Below are positions 17,501-27,212 of a DNA stretch of 64,000 nucleotides, piece by piece. The notes beneath the pieces are model-generated. The model did no database searches, had not been told where the DNA came from, and saw only the letters and a list, made by a program, of their open reading frames with translations. A program made the translations under genes and the position numbers. How positions within the stretch are numbered: position 1 is the stretch's first letter; every line of letters begins with the position of its first letter. This stretch comes from Gammaproteobacteria bacterium (GTDB taxonomy: Bacteria > Pseudomonadota > Gammaproteobacteria > Steroidobacterales > JABDLF01), in contig JBFGOQ010000004.1 of NCBI GenBank assembly GCA_041565075.1, forward strand, positions 9,018 through 73,017, given 5' to 3'.

Positions 17501-17827
17501 TTATTTGTGGCGATCCAGCCAAAGTCGGATTCTCAAGTACAAATACCAGCCAAGCCCACCTACGAACAGCGCTGCTGCAAGCATGCGCATCCGGCCATCG
17601 GCTTTCGGCATATCACCGAACATCAGCCAGAGCCCGCCGCCAATGCCGATGAGGGTGGCCAGCACGGCATGCATAGACATACGCCTTGCGCGGGCGCGAC
17701 GTGCTCGTGCCAGGCGCCGCGCAGTCTCTTCGGCGTTGCCATTGCCGACAGCAAAGCCACAACTGAGGCAGGCCGGCGCCGCACTCGAAGTGCGCGCGCC
17801 ACATTGCGGACATAACACTATCGCCAT
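17501..17827 (-). CDS. Zinc-ribbon plus two-TM hypothetical protein
   Basis: CPQCG...CLSCG, basic helix, two TM segments. Confidence 0.65.
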   Translation of the reverse strand: MAIVLCPQCGARTSSAAPACLSCGFAVGNGNAEETARRLARARRARARRMSMHAVLATLIGIGGGLWLMFGDMPKADGRMRMLAAALFVGGLGWYLYLRIRLWLDRHK

Positions 17828-17848
17828 AAGTTGCTCATCCGCCGACCA

Positions 17849-19282
17849 TCACAGGTACGGTGAAAATAACCAGAAAAACGCATCGCGCAGCCTCACTGGC
17901 AAGGCTCGCCCGTCGACTTCTTCAAGCAGTATCTCCCGAGACTTCATTATCTCGCCATCAACATAAGATTCCAGATCACTGACCACATCCTTGTCGAATA
18001 ACTCCACCACCAGTTCAAAGTTCAGTCTGAGGCTGCGTGGATCAATATTCGCCGACCCAATATGTGCGTAGTGGCTGTCGATCAGGAACAACTTGGTGTG
18101 AGCAAATGGTTCTCCCTGATAGTAGATGCGCACGCCGCGCATCAGCAACTCCCACAGGATATTGCGTGTCGCCCAGTGCACGAATGCGAGGTTGCTTTTT
18201 CCCGGCAACACTATCTTTACGTCGATACCGCGCGACGCGGCAGCCTGCAGGGCTCCGATCATTTCCCGAGACGGCAGAAAATAGGGCGTCACGATTACAA
18301 TCCTGGTATTGGCCGCAGATATCGCGCCAAGCAGGATGGTGGTGAGCTTGTCCATGTCCTCGTCGGGCCCATCGACCACCGTGCGACACCGGGTATTGCC
18401 ATGTTCCTGCATGACAGGATCCGGGCGCGGGATCGTGCAGCGGTTGCAGAACTCCCAGCTGCCCAGAACGACGTCCTCGAGCTGCCCGACAATCGGCCCT
18501 CTGAGCATGAAATGTACGTCGCGAATACCCGGCTCCCCGCCGCTCTCAAGGAGGTGCCTGTCACCGATGTTCATGCCGCCTGTGAAAGCGATCTCCCCGT
18601 CGACGGCCAGAACTTTCCGGTGATTCCTGAGGTTGAGATGCAGGGATGGCGGGATCAGTCGAAACGGCAGAAATCGCACGGCATCAACGCCATTTTTTCT
18701 GAGCACTGTTGCGGCACGCGGGAAGGAATACAGCTCACCCATGCTGTCGACGATAACTTTTACGTCGACGCCCCTTTGGGTCGCTGCAGCCAGTGCACTT
18801 ATAAATTCCTGGCCGGTTTTATTGGTCTCGAAAATGTAGCTGACCAGATAGATGCGCTTGCGGGCATTGCGAATGGCGTCGAGCATCGGCGGATAGGCCT
18901 GCTCGCCATTATGCAGAGTCGTGACCCTGTTGCCGCCGACCACCGGGCGGGACGCAACGGAATCCGAAACCCGGGCCAGCTCACGAAATTCATCTGGCAA
19001 TTCTGTCGCGCTTGCCAACTGACCCTGTGAAGATTCGCCACGCTCATAGGGTATGGCCAGTCGCGCGCGTGGCCGACCATGCAGTTTGCGAGCACGTGTC
19101 CGCACGCGATTAACGCCAAATAAGAAATAAGCCAGCGGGCCGGCAAGCGGAAACAGCAGGCAGACCGTGATCCAGCCCAGAGCCGAACGCGGGTCGCGCT
19201 TGTACAGCAGGGCGTGGACAGCCGTCAGCGGCGCGACGAAAACGTGCAGCGCGATGGCGATAAAGCCCGTCATTTCCGCCAT
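17849..19282 (-). CDS. cls: Cardiolipin synthase (PLD family)
   Basis: N-terminal PLDc_N TM pair; two HKD motifs, HRKVLAVDG and HTKLFLIDS; GSANIDPRS. Confidence 0.9.
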   Translation of the reverse strand: MAEMTGFIAIALHVFVAPLTAVHALLYKRDPRSALGWITVCLLFPLAGPLAYFLFGVNRVRTRARKLHGRPRARLAIPYERGESSQGQLASATELPDEFRELARVSDSVASRPVVGGNRVTTLHNGEQAYPPMLDAIRNARKRIYLVSYIFETNKTGQEFISALAAATQRGVDVKVIVDSMGELYSFPRAATVLRKNGVDAVRFLPFRLIPPSLHLNLRNHRKVLAVDGEIAFTGGMNIGDRHLLESGGEPGIRDVHFMLRGPIVGQLEDVVLGSWEFCNRCTIPRPDPVMQEHGNTRCRTVVDGPDEDMDKLTTILLGAISAANTRIVIVTPYFLPSREMIGALQAAASRGIDVKIVLPGKSNLAFVHWATRNILWELLMRGVRIYYQGEPFAHTKLFLIDSHYAHIGSANIDPRSLRLNFELVVELFDKDVVSDLESYVDGEIMKSREILLEEVDGRALPVRLRDAFFWLFSPYL

Positions 19283-19404
19283 TGCTCATGCCTCCTGTGC
19301 TGGCGTTCGCCGTCAACCGGGAAAATCAAGCATATCAGCATGCCTGTGCTTTCCGACGGCCGCCGCGCATGCAATTTCAGCCAAGGGTCGCGATAATCCG
19401 ACTG

Positions 19405-20391
19405 ATGAAAGTGATCATCGATACCGACCCGGGGGGCGACGACGCCATCGCTTTGATGTGGCTGGCCAGCCTGGCTCACCAGGGCCGCATTGAACTGCAG
19501 GCGGTAACCACGGCGGCCGGGAATGTGGGTGCCGACAAGACCTGGCGCAATGCGAATGGCTTGCTGAGATTGTGCGGTCTCGGGCAAACACCGACGGCGA
19601 TCGGGGCAACGATGGGCAAGGAACGAGATGCTGCCGAAGTGCATGGCGAAGACGGTATGGGTGGCCTGGCGAGGGAATTGCCCACCGGACCTGCCCCGCT
19701 GCCGAGCACTCCGCAATCTTCGCAAGTGCTGACCAAACTGCTGGCGGTGGATCCTGCAAATACCGCTTTGCTAGCCGTCGCACCGCTCACCAACCTGGCC
19801 AGGGCGGAAAACGAGGCCCCAGGTACGCTGGCACGAGCCAGCAACCTGATTATCATGGGCGGCGCGCTCGGTAGCGGTAACGTGACCCCTGCAGCCGAGT
19901 TCAATTTCTACTTCGATGCGGCTGCCGCTGCCAGCGTCGTTTCCGCGCACCCGTTACCGCGCCTGGTGACCTTGGAAACCAGCACCAGGCTGCGACTGAC
20001 GCGCACCCATGTCGGCGCCATTATCCTTGGTCACGACTCACTGCAGCCGGCCCGGTTTTTTGCCCGGCTGTGCGCATTCATGACCCAGCGTGACAGGCAG
20101 ATTGGCAGCGGGCTGCCCGATGAGGGCTTTCCGGTGCACGACGCGGCTACCGTGGCCTGGCTTGCTTACCCAAACTTGTTTGCAGAAAGTCGCTGCCAGG
20201 TGCGGGTCGATGCAGAAGATGGGCCGTCGCGCGGGCGGTTGCGGCAGAGTCAGTCCGCGAATACTCAGACGTGCCTGGTGGCGACGTCCGTGGATAGCAA
20301 CGGTGTACTTGAAATGCTGACCAATGACCTCAGGTTTTTGTTCGATACGCTGCGTGCGAATGATTGCGCGTCTGACCCCGGCTTAAGCTAG
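19405..20391 (+). CDS. Nucleoside hydrolase (IUNH family)
   Basis: DTDPGGDDA, HGEDG, PLTNLA, AEFNFYFD, HDA. Confidence 0.9.
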   Translation: MKVIIDTDPGGDDAIALMWLASLAHQGRIELQAVTTAAGNVGADKTWRNANGLLRLCGLGQTPTAIGATMGKERDAAEVHGEDGMGGLARELPTGPAPLPSTPQSSQVLTKLLAVDPANTALLAVAPLTNLARAENEAPGTLARASNLIIMGGALGSGNVTPAAEFNFYFDAAAAASVVSAHPLPRLVTLETSTRLRLTRTHVGAIILGHDSLQPARFFARLCAFMTQRDRQIGSGLPDEGFPVHDAATVAWLAYPNLFAESRCQVRVDAEDGPSRGRLRQSQSANTQTCLVATSVDSNGVLEMLTNDLRFLFDTLRANDCASDPGLS

Positions 20392-20464
20392 ACTAGGCAC
20401 GGTCGGTAAACCAGGGCGCCGGGATATCGCTACGGGGCACAACTTTTTTTGCTGGAGGCAAGAC

Positions 20465-21046
20465 ATGTCGAGACTGCAAGGCTGTATTGGCGGGTTGTTT
20501 GTGTTCCTGTTTCTCGCAGGTTGCGCATCGAGTCCACCGGAAGACGACAACATTACGGTCGAAGGCACCCACAGTGAGGAGACCGTACTCAAGGAAGCCG
20601 AGAATTTCTTTGGCGATGGGGCCGAAGGCCTGGCGCAGGTAGTCAAAGCGGCATTTCGCGATAAGGGCAAACCCAATGCCTACATCAAGGGCGAGGAAGT
20701 GGGCGGCGCAATCGGTGTTGGCTTGCGTTATGGCGCCGGAACACTGGTACTCGCAAACGGGCAAACGCGCCCGGTCTACTGGCAGGGACCCTCAGTTGGG
20801 TTTGACTTGGGCGGCAACGCATCCAAGGCCTTTGTGCTGGTTTACAATCTGCCTGATACGAATACCCTGTTCCAGCGCTATCCAGGCGTCGAGGGCAGCC
20901 TGTATTTTGTCGGTGGTGTCAGCGTCAATTACAACCAAAGCGGCAATACTGTGCTGGCTCCGATACGCTTCGGCGTTGGTTGGCGACAGGGCGCCAATGT
21001 CGGCTACCTGCACATGACGCCCGAGAAGTCCTGGGTGCCGTTCTGA
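20465..21046 (+). CDS. DUF1134 (EipA-like) lipoprotein
   Basis: LAGC lipobox; PNAYIKGEE.GGA...GLRYG.G, YWQGPSVGFDLG, RYPGVEGSLY, PIRFGVGWR...W.PF. Confidence 0.8.
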   Translation: MSRLQGCIGGLFVFLFLAGCASSPPEDDNITVEGTHSEETVLKEAENFFGDGAEGLAQVVKAAFRDKGKPNAYIKGEEVGGAIGVGLRYGAGTLVLANGQTRPVYWQGPSVGFDLGGNASKAFVLVYNLPDTNTLFQRYPGVEGSLYFVGGVSVNYNQSGNTVLAPIRFGVGWRQGANVGYLHMTPEKSWVPF

Positions 21047-21102
21047 GTTGTTAACGCATACCCGGGCAGGGCCGCGGCATCTGAGCGCCATGCCAGCGCT
21101 AA

Positions 21103-21966
21103 TCAGGTCGGTGTTTCTTGCTCGTCCTTTTGCCCATCAAGAGGGCTGGTCATGCCTTCGGGCACCCAGCGCCCCTGTGAGCGAACCATAACGACATCAA
21201 AGTACTGTTCGGTATCGAGCAGTTCGAAATGCACGCGCACGAGCGCAGTGTCACCCTGCTCGCGGAGCGTCTCGGCGCTCACTGAGGCCAGCATCTCATC
21301 GATGCTGATGCCGTATACGACCAGCATGTCTTTGCTGGCGGCGAGCAATATACCCGCACGTCCCACCATTTCCTCAAACTCAAGCGCCTTGATATCGTCC
21401 ACTTTGTTCAGTTCCAGGCGACGCGCGCCGGCCACGCCGGCATGCAAAGCTTTGCGCGCCAGTGCCGGGTCGGCAAGGTCTTTGCCGCCGGCCCATTTGC
21501 CAAGCGCGGCCAGTAAATCGTTGGCCGATTGTTTCTGCGCCTCGCTCAGCGATTCATTAGCGGCGATGGTGGCATGCGACCAGCTTTGCGCCAGCAGAAG
21601 CATGAGCGGCAGGTTTTTGCGCGCCTCCTCCAGAGCGGGCTCGATTTGTGCCATCACACGCTCGACGGTAGCGTCGTCTTCGATGCGCGCCAAAGTTGCA
21701 TTCAGTTCGGCCTCATCGGCGGCATCGATGGCACCGACGCGGGCCTGGTCCCATTCCGCGCGCGCGGCGACGAAATCGCTCTCACTCAGACCGTGGCGCA
21801 GGAAGGTGACCATGTCGTTGGACTGCAAGGCGGTGGACATCGCAAGGATAGTGCCGTGCGGCGTCCCGGCCGCGGCGGAATCGGCACTATCGGTGCCCCG
21901 TTCACAGGCGGCCAGGACGGCCACGCCGCAAAGCAAAGCGAAAAATACTCGTATGACCCTGATCAT
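21103..21966 (-). CDS. Hypothetical lipoprotein
   Basis: LAAC lipobox; helical body; C-terminal GDTALVRV...MVRSQGRW beta segment. Confidence 0.7.
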   Translation of the reverse strand: MIRVIRVFFALLCGVAVLAACERGTDSADSAAAGTPHGTILAMSTALQSNDMVTFLRHGLSESDFVAARAEWDQARVGAIDAADEAELNATLARIEDDATVERVMAQIEPALEEARKNLPLMLLLAQSWSHATIAANESLSEAQKQSANDLLAALGKWAGGKDLADPALARKALHAGVAGARRLELNKVDDIKALEFEEMVGRAGILLAASKDMLVVYGISIDEMLASVSAETLREQGDTALVRVHFELLDTEQYFDVVMVRSQGRWVPEGMTSPLDGQKDEQETPT

Positions 21967-22049
21967 GGATGTTCCGGGCTAAGACATTGATTGTTGCTGG
22001 CGCGAATCCGTATCCGCCCTGATGAGGGACTCCCTCGTGCGCAATAAGT

Positions 22050-23441
22050 TCACGGCGCAGGGAATGGCCAGTCCGGGTCGGGCAGCAGAGCAACTTCAAG
22101 GCGATTGTTGCGCACAGCTACCGCGTTCCATTCGGCGGCGCTGGCGGCGCTGCGGGGATAGGGATACAACTCCCGGGAGTCCGCTCGCCCATGGTGCACA
22201 ATCTGGATCTCTATGTTGCCGGTTTCAAGCAGCTTCGAGCTGTCAAGAAAATTCGTGAACTCGAGGGACTGACGTTCGGCGACAGACAGGGAATCATCCA
22301 GCGGGTGGCCGATCAGTGTGCACTGGTCGACGGGTGTATCAGCAGGCGCCGGCATATAGCCTTCGTTATCATCTCCCAGCAGGCAAAACCGGCCGAGATG
22401 GGTCTCGAGCCTGAGCACGCCCTGGAACCCGAGGCTGTCCAGCCGCTCCAGCAGACCTTGTACCAGGCTCATGCGCCGCTCGTTCAGGGCGAGTTCGCCG
22501 AATTCGATACTGTTGCCCTGGTTGGTCGCCCACTCCAGCGCAGAGAGCATTCGGTATAGCTGGTCGCCCGCCGTGGCGAGCTTGGCGCGCATGCTGCCGA
22601 GTTGGTCCTGACTCATGGCACTCGTGCCGCCGCCCATTACCCGCTGCAAGGCTCGCTGGCCCGTGACGTCCTGCTGCAACCGTCCGATTTCCTCAGCCGA
22701 GCGATAGCCGTTCCAAAGCAACCAGGCGCTGGTCAGGAGCAGGACCAGGGTGAACCACATCCACAGTGTCGAAACCTGGTTCGCGGGTTTTTCAATCGCC
22801 GCCGATTCCTCGTCCTGCCCGGCACTGGCCGCTTCCAGCCGCGCTGACTCGGCACGCTGCTCGCTGAGAATTTCCTGGGCAACCTGGCGGGCGAATGCGC
22901 GGTGGCTGGCCAGAATGTCACTCCGCAATTCGTGCCGTTGCTCCGACAACATGCGGTCCACCAGTCCCTTGAGCTGAATGCCCGGCGGTTCACCGTCGCG
23001 GCGACGGCGGTCTTCGCTGCGTTTGAGAACCGGCAACTCCTTGTCGCCATGCTGCTCGCCCCGCTTGTCGGAGACCAGACCAAGCCGTTGCAGCACCTTG
23101 AATAACTCCGCGGGCTCGACCTGCTTGGGGAGTACGCCAACCGCGCCGAGCGCACGTGCCTGCCCGACATACAGCTCACCCTCCTTCGCCGTATACATCA
23201 TTACGGGGATCATCGCGGTTTTCGGCTCATTCTTGATGACCTTGACCGCCTGCAAGCCATCCATGCCCGGCATCGTATGGTCCATAAAAATCGCGTCAGG
23301 ACGATTCTGCTTGAGAAATTCCAGGGCCTGCTCCGCCGATTCGGCAGTCTCCACATCCAGGCCATGCTTTTCGAGCAAGCGCCGCAGAATCAGCCGCGCA
23401 GATCTTGAATCGTCCACTACCAGAGCGCGTTTTATCGCCAT
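22050..23441 (-). CDS. Receiver-domain membrane protein with OmpA-like C-terminal domain
   Basis: Canonical REC (VVDDS, IFMD54HTMPGMDG, YT, PK); TM LWMWFTLVLLLTSAWLLW; C-terminal RNNRLEV. TGATG coupling to pepN. Confidence 0.75.
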   Translation of the reverse strand: MAIKRALVVDDSRSARLILRRLLEKHGLDVETAESAEQALEFLKQNRPDAIFMDHTMPGMDGLQAVKVIKNEPKTAMIPVMMYTAKEGELYVGQARALGAVGVLPKQVEPAELFKVLQRLGLVSDKRGEQHGDKELPVLKRSEDRRRRDGEPPGIQLKGLVDRMLSEQRHELRSDILASHRAFARQVAQEILSEQRAESARLEAASAGQDEESAAIEKPANQVSTLWMWFTLVLLLTSAWLLWNGYRSAEEIGRLQQDVTGQRALQRVMGGGTSAMSQDQLGSMRAKLATAGDQLYRMLSALEWATNQGNSIEFGELALNERRMSLVQGLLERLDSLGFQGVLRLETHLGRFCLLGDDNEGYMPAPADTPVDQCTLIGHPLDDSLSVAERQSLEFTNFLDSSKLLETGNIEIQIVHHGRADSRELYPYPRSAASAAEWNAVAVRNNRLEVALLPDPDWPFPAP

Positions 23442-26104
23442 CAGGTCATTTCCTTGCTTGCGGTATCCGCCAGACTTCGGCTTACCAGCTCGTATAGATT
23501 GCGTGACAAATCCTCTAGCCCCGCTATGCGCTGCAGCTCGGCGCGCATCAGCGCACGCCGGCCGCTGTCATATTTGCGCCAACGGGTAAGTGGTGATAAC
23601 AGCCGTGCGGCCGTGCTCGGATTCAGGCGGTTCAGGCTGATCACCTGGTCAGTAATCAGATGATAACCACTGCCGTCGCGCGCATGGAAACCATACGGGT
23701 TTGCCTCGCCAAATGCACCCAGCAAGGAACGCACACGGTTCGGATTGTGCAAATCGAAACAAGTATGTTCCAGCAGACGCGCAACCTGTTGCACGGTATC
23801 GGGCAAGGGCGCGGTAGCCTGCACCGTCAGCCACTTGTCCATAACCAAAGGCTCATCAATCCAGCGCTTTTCAAATTCCTCGCTGGCCAGCTTGGCTTCG
23901 TCGCAGCCTGCATGTACCAGCGCCCGGAGCGCGCCGATTTGTTCGGTCATATTGCGGCTGTGCCGTAGCCGCTGCAGCGCGTTTTGCCGGCCCTGTTCGT
24001 CTTCTGCCAATACCAGGTAATTGAGACATGCATTGTAGAGGCTGCGAGATGCCATTGCGTTAGCGCCCTCGTCTTCGGGCGAGACCCCAGCATGCCGCTC
24101 ACAGGCCGCATGTAATGCATCGTGCAGGTAAACGGCAATCTCCCTGGCAAACTCGCTATGCACCCGGTGTATGCCATCCACATCGATTTCGGCAAAATTG
24201 CCCGCCAGTTCATTCTCGGATGGCAATCTGATAGTTTCCGCGACCAAAGCGGAATCCAGTGTGCTGTCCGCAAGCATAGTCTCCAGCGCGCCCAAAAAAA
24301 GATCGCGCGCAACCGAGCGCTGTTCGGCTGCCCCCCGCAGTCGCCGCAGCATAATCGCGCGAGCAAGACGCTGCCCTGCATCCCAGCGATTGAATGCATC
24401 GCTGTCATTGGCCATCAGGAACGCAAGTTCCTCATCGGGCTGCTCGTAGACCAGCTCGACGGGCGCTGAGAAATCCCGCAACACCGACAATACTGGCTGA
24501 GTTTTTACCCCAGCGAACCTGAAAGTCTGTTTCTCAGTCTTGAGTTCCAGCACACGCTCACAACCGGCGGCACGCTCCTCGCCTTCGAGACGCAGCGGCA
24601 TATCTTGACCCTCGGCGTCGATCAGGCCAAGCCGCACCGGGATGTGCAACGGTGCCCACCCGGCAGCGTCCATGACCGCCGGTCGTTGCTGGCACAGGGT
24701 AACGTGGTAACAGTCTGCGTCAGGCTCGTAGTGGGTCGCGACTGACAATCGCGGTGTGCCGGCCTGGCTATACCAGCGGCGAAACTGCTTCAGCTGCAGC
24801 CCGGTAGCATCTTCCATAGCGCGCACGAAATCCTCGGTGGTCGCCGCCTCGCCATCGTGACTGGCGAAATACAGGTCCATGCCGCGCCGGAACCGCTGCT
24901 CGCCCAGCAGGCTGTAAATCATGCGAATCACTTCCGCACCCTTGTTGTACACCGTCGCCGTATAGAAGTTGTTTATTTCCATGTATGCACGCGGCTGGAT
25001 CGCATGCGCCATCGGACCGGCGTCCTCGGCAAACTGCCGGTTGCGCAACAGATTCACGTCCTGAATACGCTTTAGTCCGCGGCTATTCAGGTCAGCGGTG
25101 AACTCCTGGTCACGAAATACGGTAAGGCCTTCTTTCAGGGTCAGTTGAAACCAATCCCGACAAGTGACCCTGTTGCCTGACCAGTTATGAAAGTACTCAT
25201 GTCCGACAACGCTTTCTATATCGATGAAATCCTGGTCGCTCGCAGTTTCCGGCCGCGCCAGGACGAACTTGGAATTAAAGATATTGAGGCCCTTGTTCTC
25301 CATCGCCCCCATATTGAAATCATCGACTGCGACGATCATATAAATGTCGAGATCGTATTCGCGACCGAACCGCTGTTCGTCCCAGCGCATCGCGGCTTGC
25401 AGCGACTTCATCGCATGCTCGCATTTGTCGAGGTTGTGCTCTTCTACATAAATCTGCAGTCGCACCTTGCGGCCCGAAGCGGTAAGGTAAAAGTCCTCGA
25501 CACAGGCGAGCCGGCCTGCGACGAGGGCAAACAGATAGGATGGTTTTGGGAACGGGTCTTCCCAGCGAGCGAAATGCCGCCCGTTTTCGAGAGCCCCGGA
25601 TTCCACCGGGTTTCCGTTCGAGAGCAGCACCGGATAATTTGTTGCATCCGCTTCGATTGTGGTGCTGAACCTGGCAAGCACGTCGGGACGATCCGGATAA
25701 TAGGTAAGCTTGCGAAAACCTTCAGCCTCGCACTGGGTGCAAAAATTGCCCCCGGTCTTATAAAGGCCCTCCAGGCTCGAATTTTTCTCCGGGTGAATGA
25801 TCGTTTCGATTTCCAGTTCGAAATTCTCACCGGGGTTGGTAAAAAGCAGGCCCTCTGTGCTGACTTCGTAAGCGCCTTCCTCGAGCCTGCGTCCATTCTT
25901 GAGGATGCGAACCAGCTCCAGATCGCGACCATTCAGTGCCAGGTCTCGGCCGTCTTGTTGGCCGTTGCGGCGCATTGACATGCGCGCCACGACCCGCGTC
26001 AGATGTTCGTACAAGCTGAAGCGCAGATCGACACGATCCACCAGGTAGACGGGTGGCCGGTAGTCGTCCAGGTGCACGGGACTGGGTGCATCATGCCTTG
26101 CCAT
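23441..26104 (-). CDS. pepN: Aminopeptidase N
   Basis: CTQCEAEGFR, GAMENKGLNIFN, HEYFHNW...KEG, NNFYTATVYNKG. Confidence 0.96.
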   Translation of the reverse strand: MARHDAPSPVHLDDYRPPVYLVDRVDLRFSLYEHLTRVVARMSMRRNGQQDGRDLALNGRDLELVRILKNGRRLEEGAYEVSTEGLLFTNPGENFELEIETIIHPEKNSSLEGLYKTGGNFCTQCEAEGFRKLTYYPDRPDVLARFSTTIEADATNYPVLLSNGNPVESGALENGRHFARWEDPFPKPSYLFALVAGRLACVEDFYLTASGRKVRLQIYVEEHNLDKCEHAMKSLQAAMRWDEQRFGREYDLDIYMIVAVDDFNMGAMENKGLNIFNSKFVLARPETASDQDFIDIESVVGHEYFHNWSGNRVTCRDWFQLTLKEGLTVFRDQEFTADLNSRGLKRIQDVNLLRNRQFAEDAGPMAHAIQPRAYMEINNFYTATVYNKGAEVIRMIYSLLGEQRFRRGMDLYFASHDGEAATTEDFVRAMEDATGLQLKQFRRWYSQAGTPRLSVATHYEPDADCYHVTLCQQRPAVMDAAGWAPLHIPVRLGLIDAEGQDMPLRLEGEERAAGCERVLELKTEKQTFRFAGVKTQPVLSVLRDFSAPVELVYEQPDEELAFLMANDSDAFNRWDAGQRLARAIMLRRLRGAAEQRSVARDLFLGALETMLADSTLDSALVAETIRLPSENELAGNFAEIDVDGIHRVHSEFAREIAVYLHDALHAACERHAGVSPEDEGANAMASRSLYNACLNYLVLAEDEQGRQNALQRLRHSRNMTEQIGALRALVHAGCDEAKLASEEFEKRWIDEPLVMDKWLTVQATAPLPDTVQQVARLLEHTCFDLHNPNRVRSLLGAFGEANPYGFHARDGSGYHLITDQVISLNRLNPSTAARLLSPLTRWRKYDSGRRALMRAELQRIAGLEDLSRNLYELVSRSLADTASKEMT

Positions 26105-26429
26105 GCTTGGTTTGTCTCAGGAAACTCCCTGGTTACTGCCGGGCAGCGGCGCGCCCATTCATGTCGGGACCGGCACCGACGCAGCGCTATTTTACATAAC
26201 TTTCGAGTACTTGCCCTGATCCGCCCTGGCCTGCCACCACCGCCAGTTCGCAAAATTCCGGCCCTGTCACGGGACCGCGTATTCTGCGGGTAGCGCACGA
26301 TGGTCTGCTGAGCAGCTGCAGATAACAGCCTGCCCGGTGTCGTCGACATAAACACGCCGCCGGCAACCCGGCAATCGGGAATCTGATATGTTTGCAACTC
26401 TCTGTTCTTAACACTGGATATTGATCCAC

Positions 26430-27212
26430 ATGCCCAAGCAGCCCGGTGCCGGCGAGAATCGAGTCGAACTGATAGCACATCGCGGTTACGCGGCGCGTTT
26501 TCCAGAAAACACGCTGGAGGGAATCAAGGGCGCCGTGGATGCAGGCGCTCGTTGGGTGGAATTCGACATCCAGCTCACATCTGACGGTTTTCCCGTACTC
26601 CTGCACGACGCAACGCTCAAGCGTACAGCCGGACTTCCCGGCACGGTCATGGACATGTCCCTGGCGGACCTGGAGGGAATCGCTGTCGGAGAGCCGGAGC
26701 GTTTCGGCCACAAGTTTTCCAGCGTTGGCATTGCGAGTGTCGCAGATCTTGTGCAGCAACTTAAAAACTGGCCGCAGGTCTCGGTATTTGCCGAAATAAA
26801 GGCGGAGAGCATTGAACGTTTCGGATCACGCTTTGTGGTAGCCCGGGTGCTGGAAGCGCTGCAGCCGTGCATCGCCCAGTGTGTGGTAATCAGTTTTGTC
26901 GCGGAGGCTGTTGCGCAGGCCCGCGAACTGGGTGCACCGAGGGTAGGATGGGCCATTCGCCAGTTCAGTGGCGTCATTCGCAAAGAGGCGGAACTGCTGA
27001 AACCCGATTTTCTTTTTTGCGATCATGAAATCATTCCCAGGGCGAGCAGCAAGAATCCAAATCCCCTTTGGGCAGGGCCCTGGCGCTGGGCGATTTACGA
27101 AGTTGGCAATCCGGGCCTGGCGATTCATCTGGCGAAACGCGGGGCGGATCTTATCGAGACATTCGACATTGGCAGCCTGATCCGGCATCCGCTGCTGGCG
27201 CCCGGACAATGA
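26430..27212 (+). CDS. Glycerophosphodiester phosphodiesterase
   Basis: IAHRG...PENT, EFDIQLTSDG.PV.LHD.TL.RT, EIK. Confidence 0.9.
   Translation: MPKQPGAGENRVELIAHRGYAARFPENTLEGIKGAVDAGARWVEFDIQLTSDGFPVLLHDATLKRTAGLPGTVMDMSLADLEGIAVGEPERFGHKFSSVGIASVADLVQQLKNWPQVSVFAEIKAESIERFGSRFVVARVLEALQPCIAQCVVISFVAEAVAQARELGAPRVGWAIRQFSGVIRKEAELLKPDFLFCDHEIIPRASSKNPNPLWAGPWRWAIYEVGNPGLAIHLAKRGADLIETFDIGSLIRHPLLAPGQ

Noticed and set aside
18062-19030. 322-aa plus-strand ORF antisense to cls (similar cases: 21152-21982, 25187-25978, 40759-41580, 55682-56527, 61354-62301)
   Set aside because: Shadow ORFs expected from GC-rich codon bias opposite well-supported genes; no recognisable motifs.
26105-26429. 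325-bp pepN/glpQ divergent region as a possible sRNA or small gene
   Set aside because: No recognisable RNA motif, terminator or credible ORF; consistent with two promoters.
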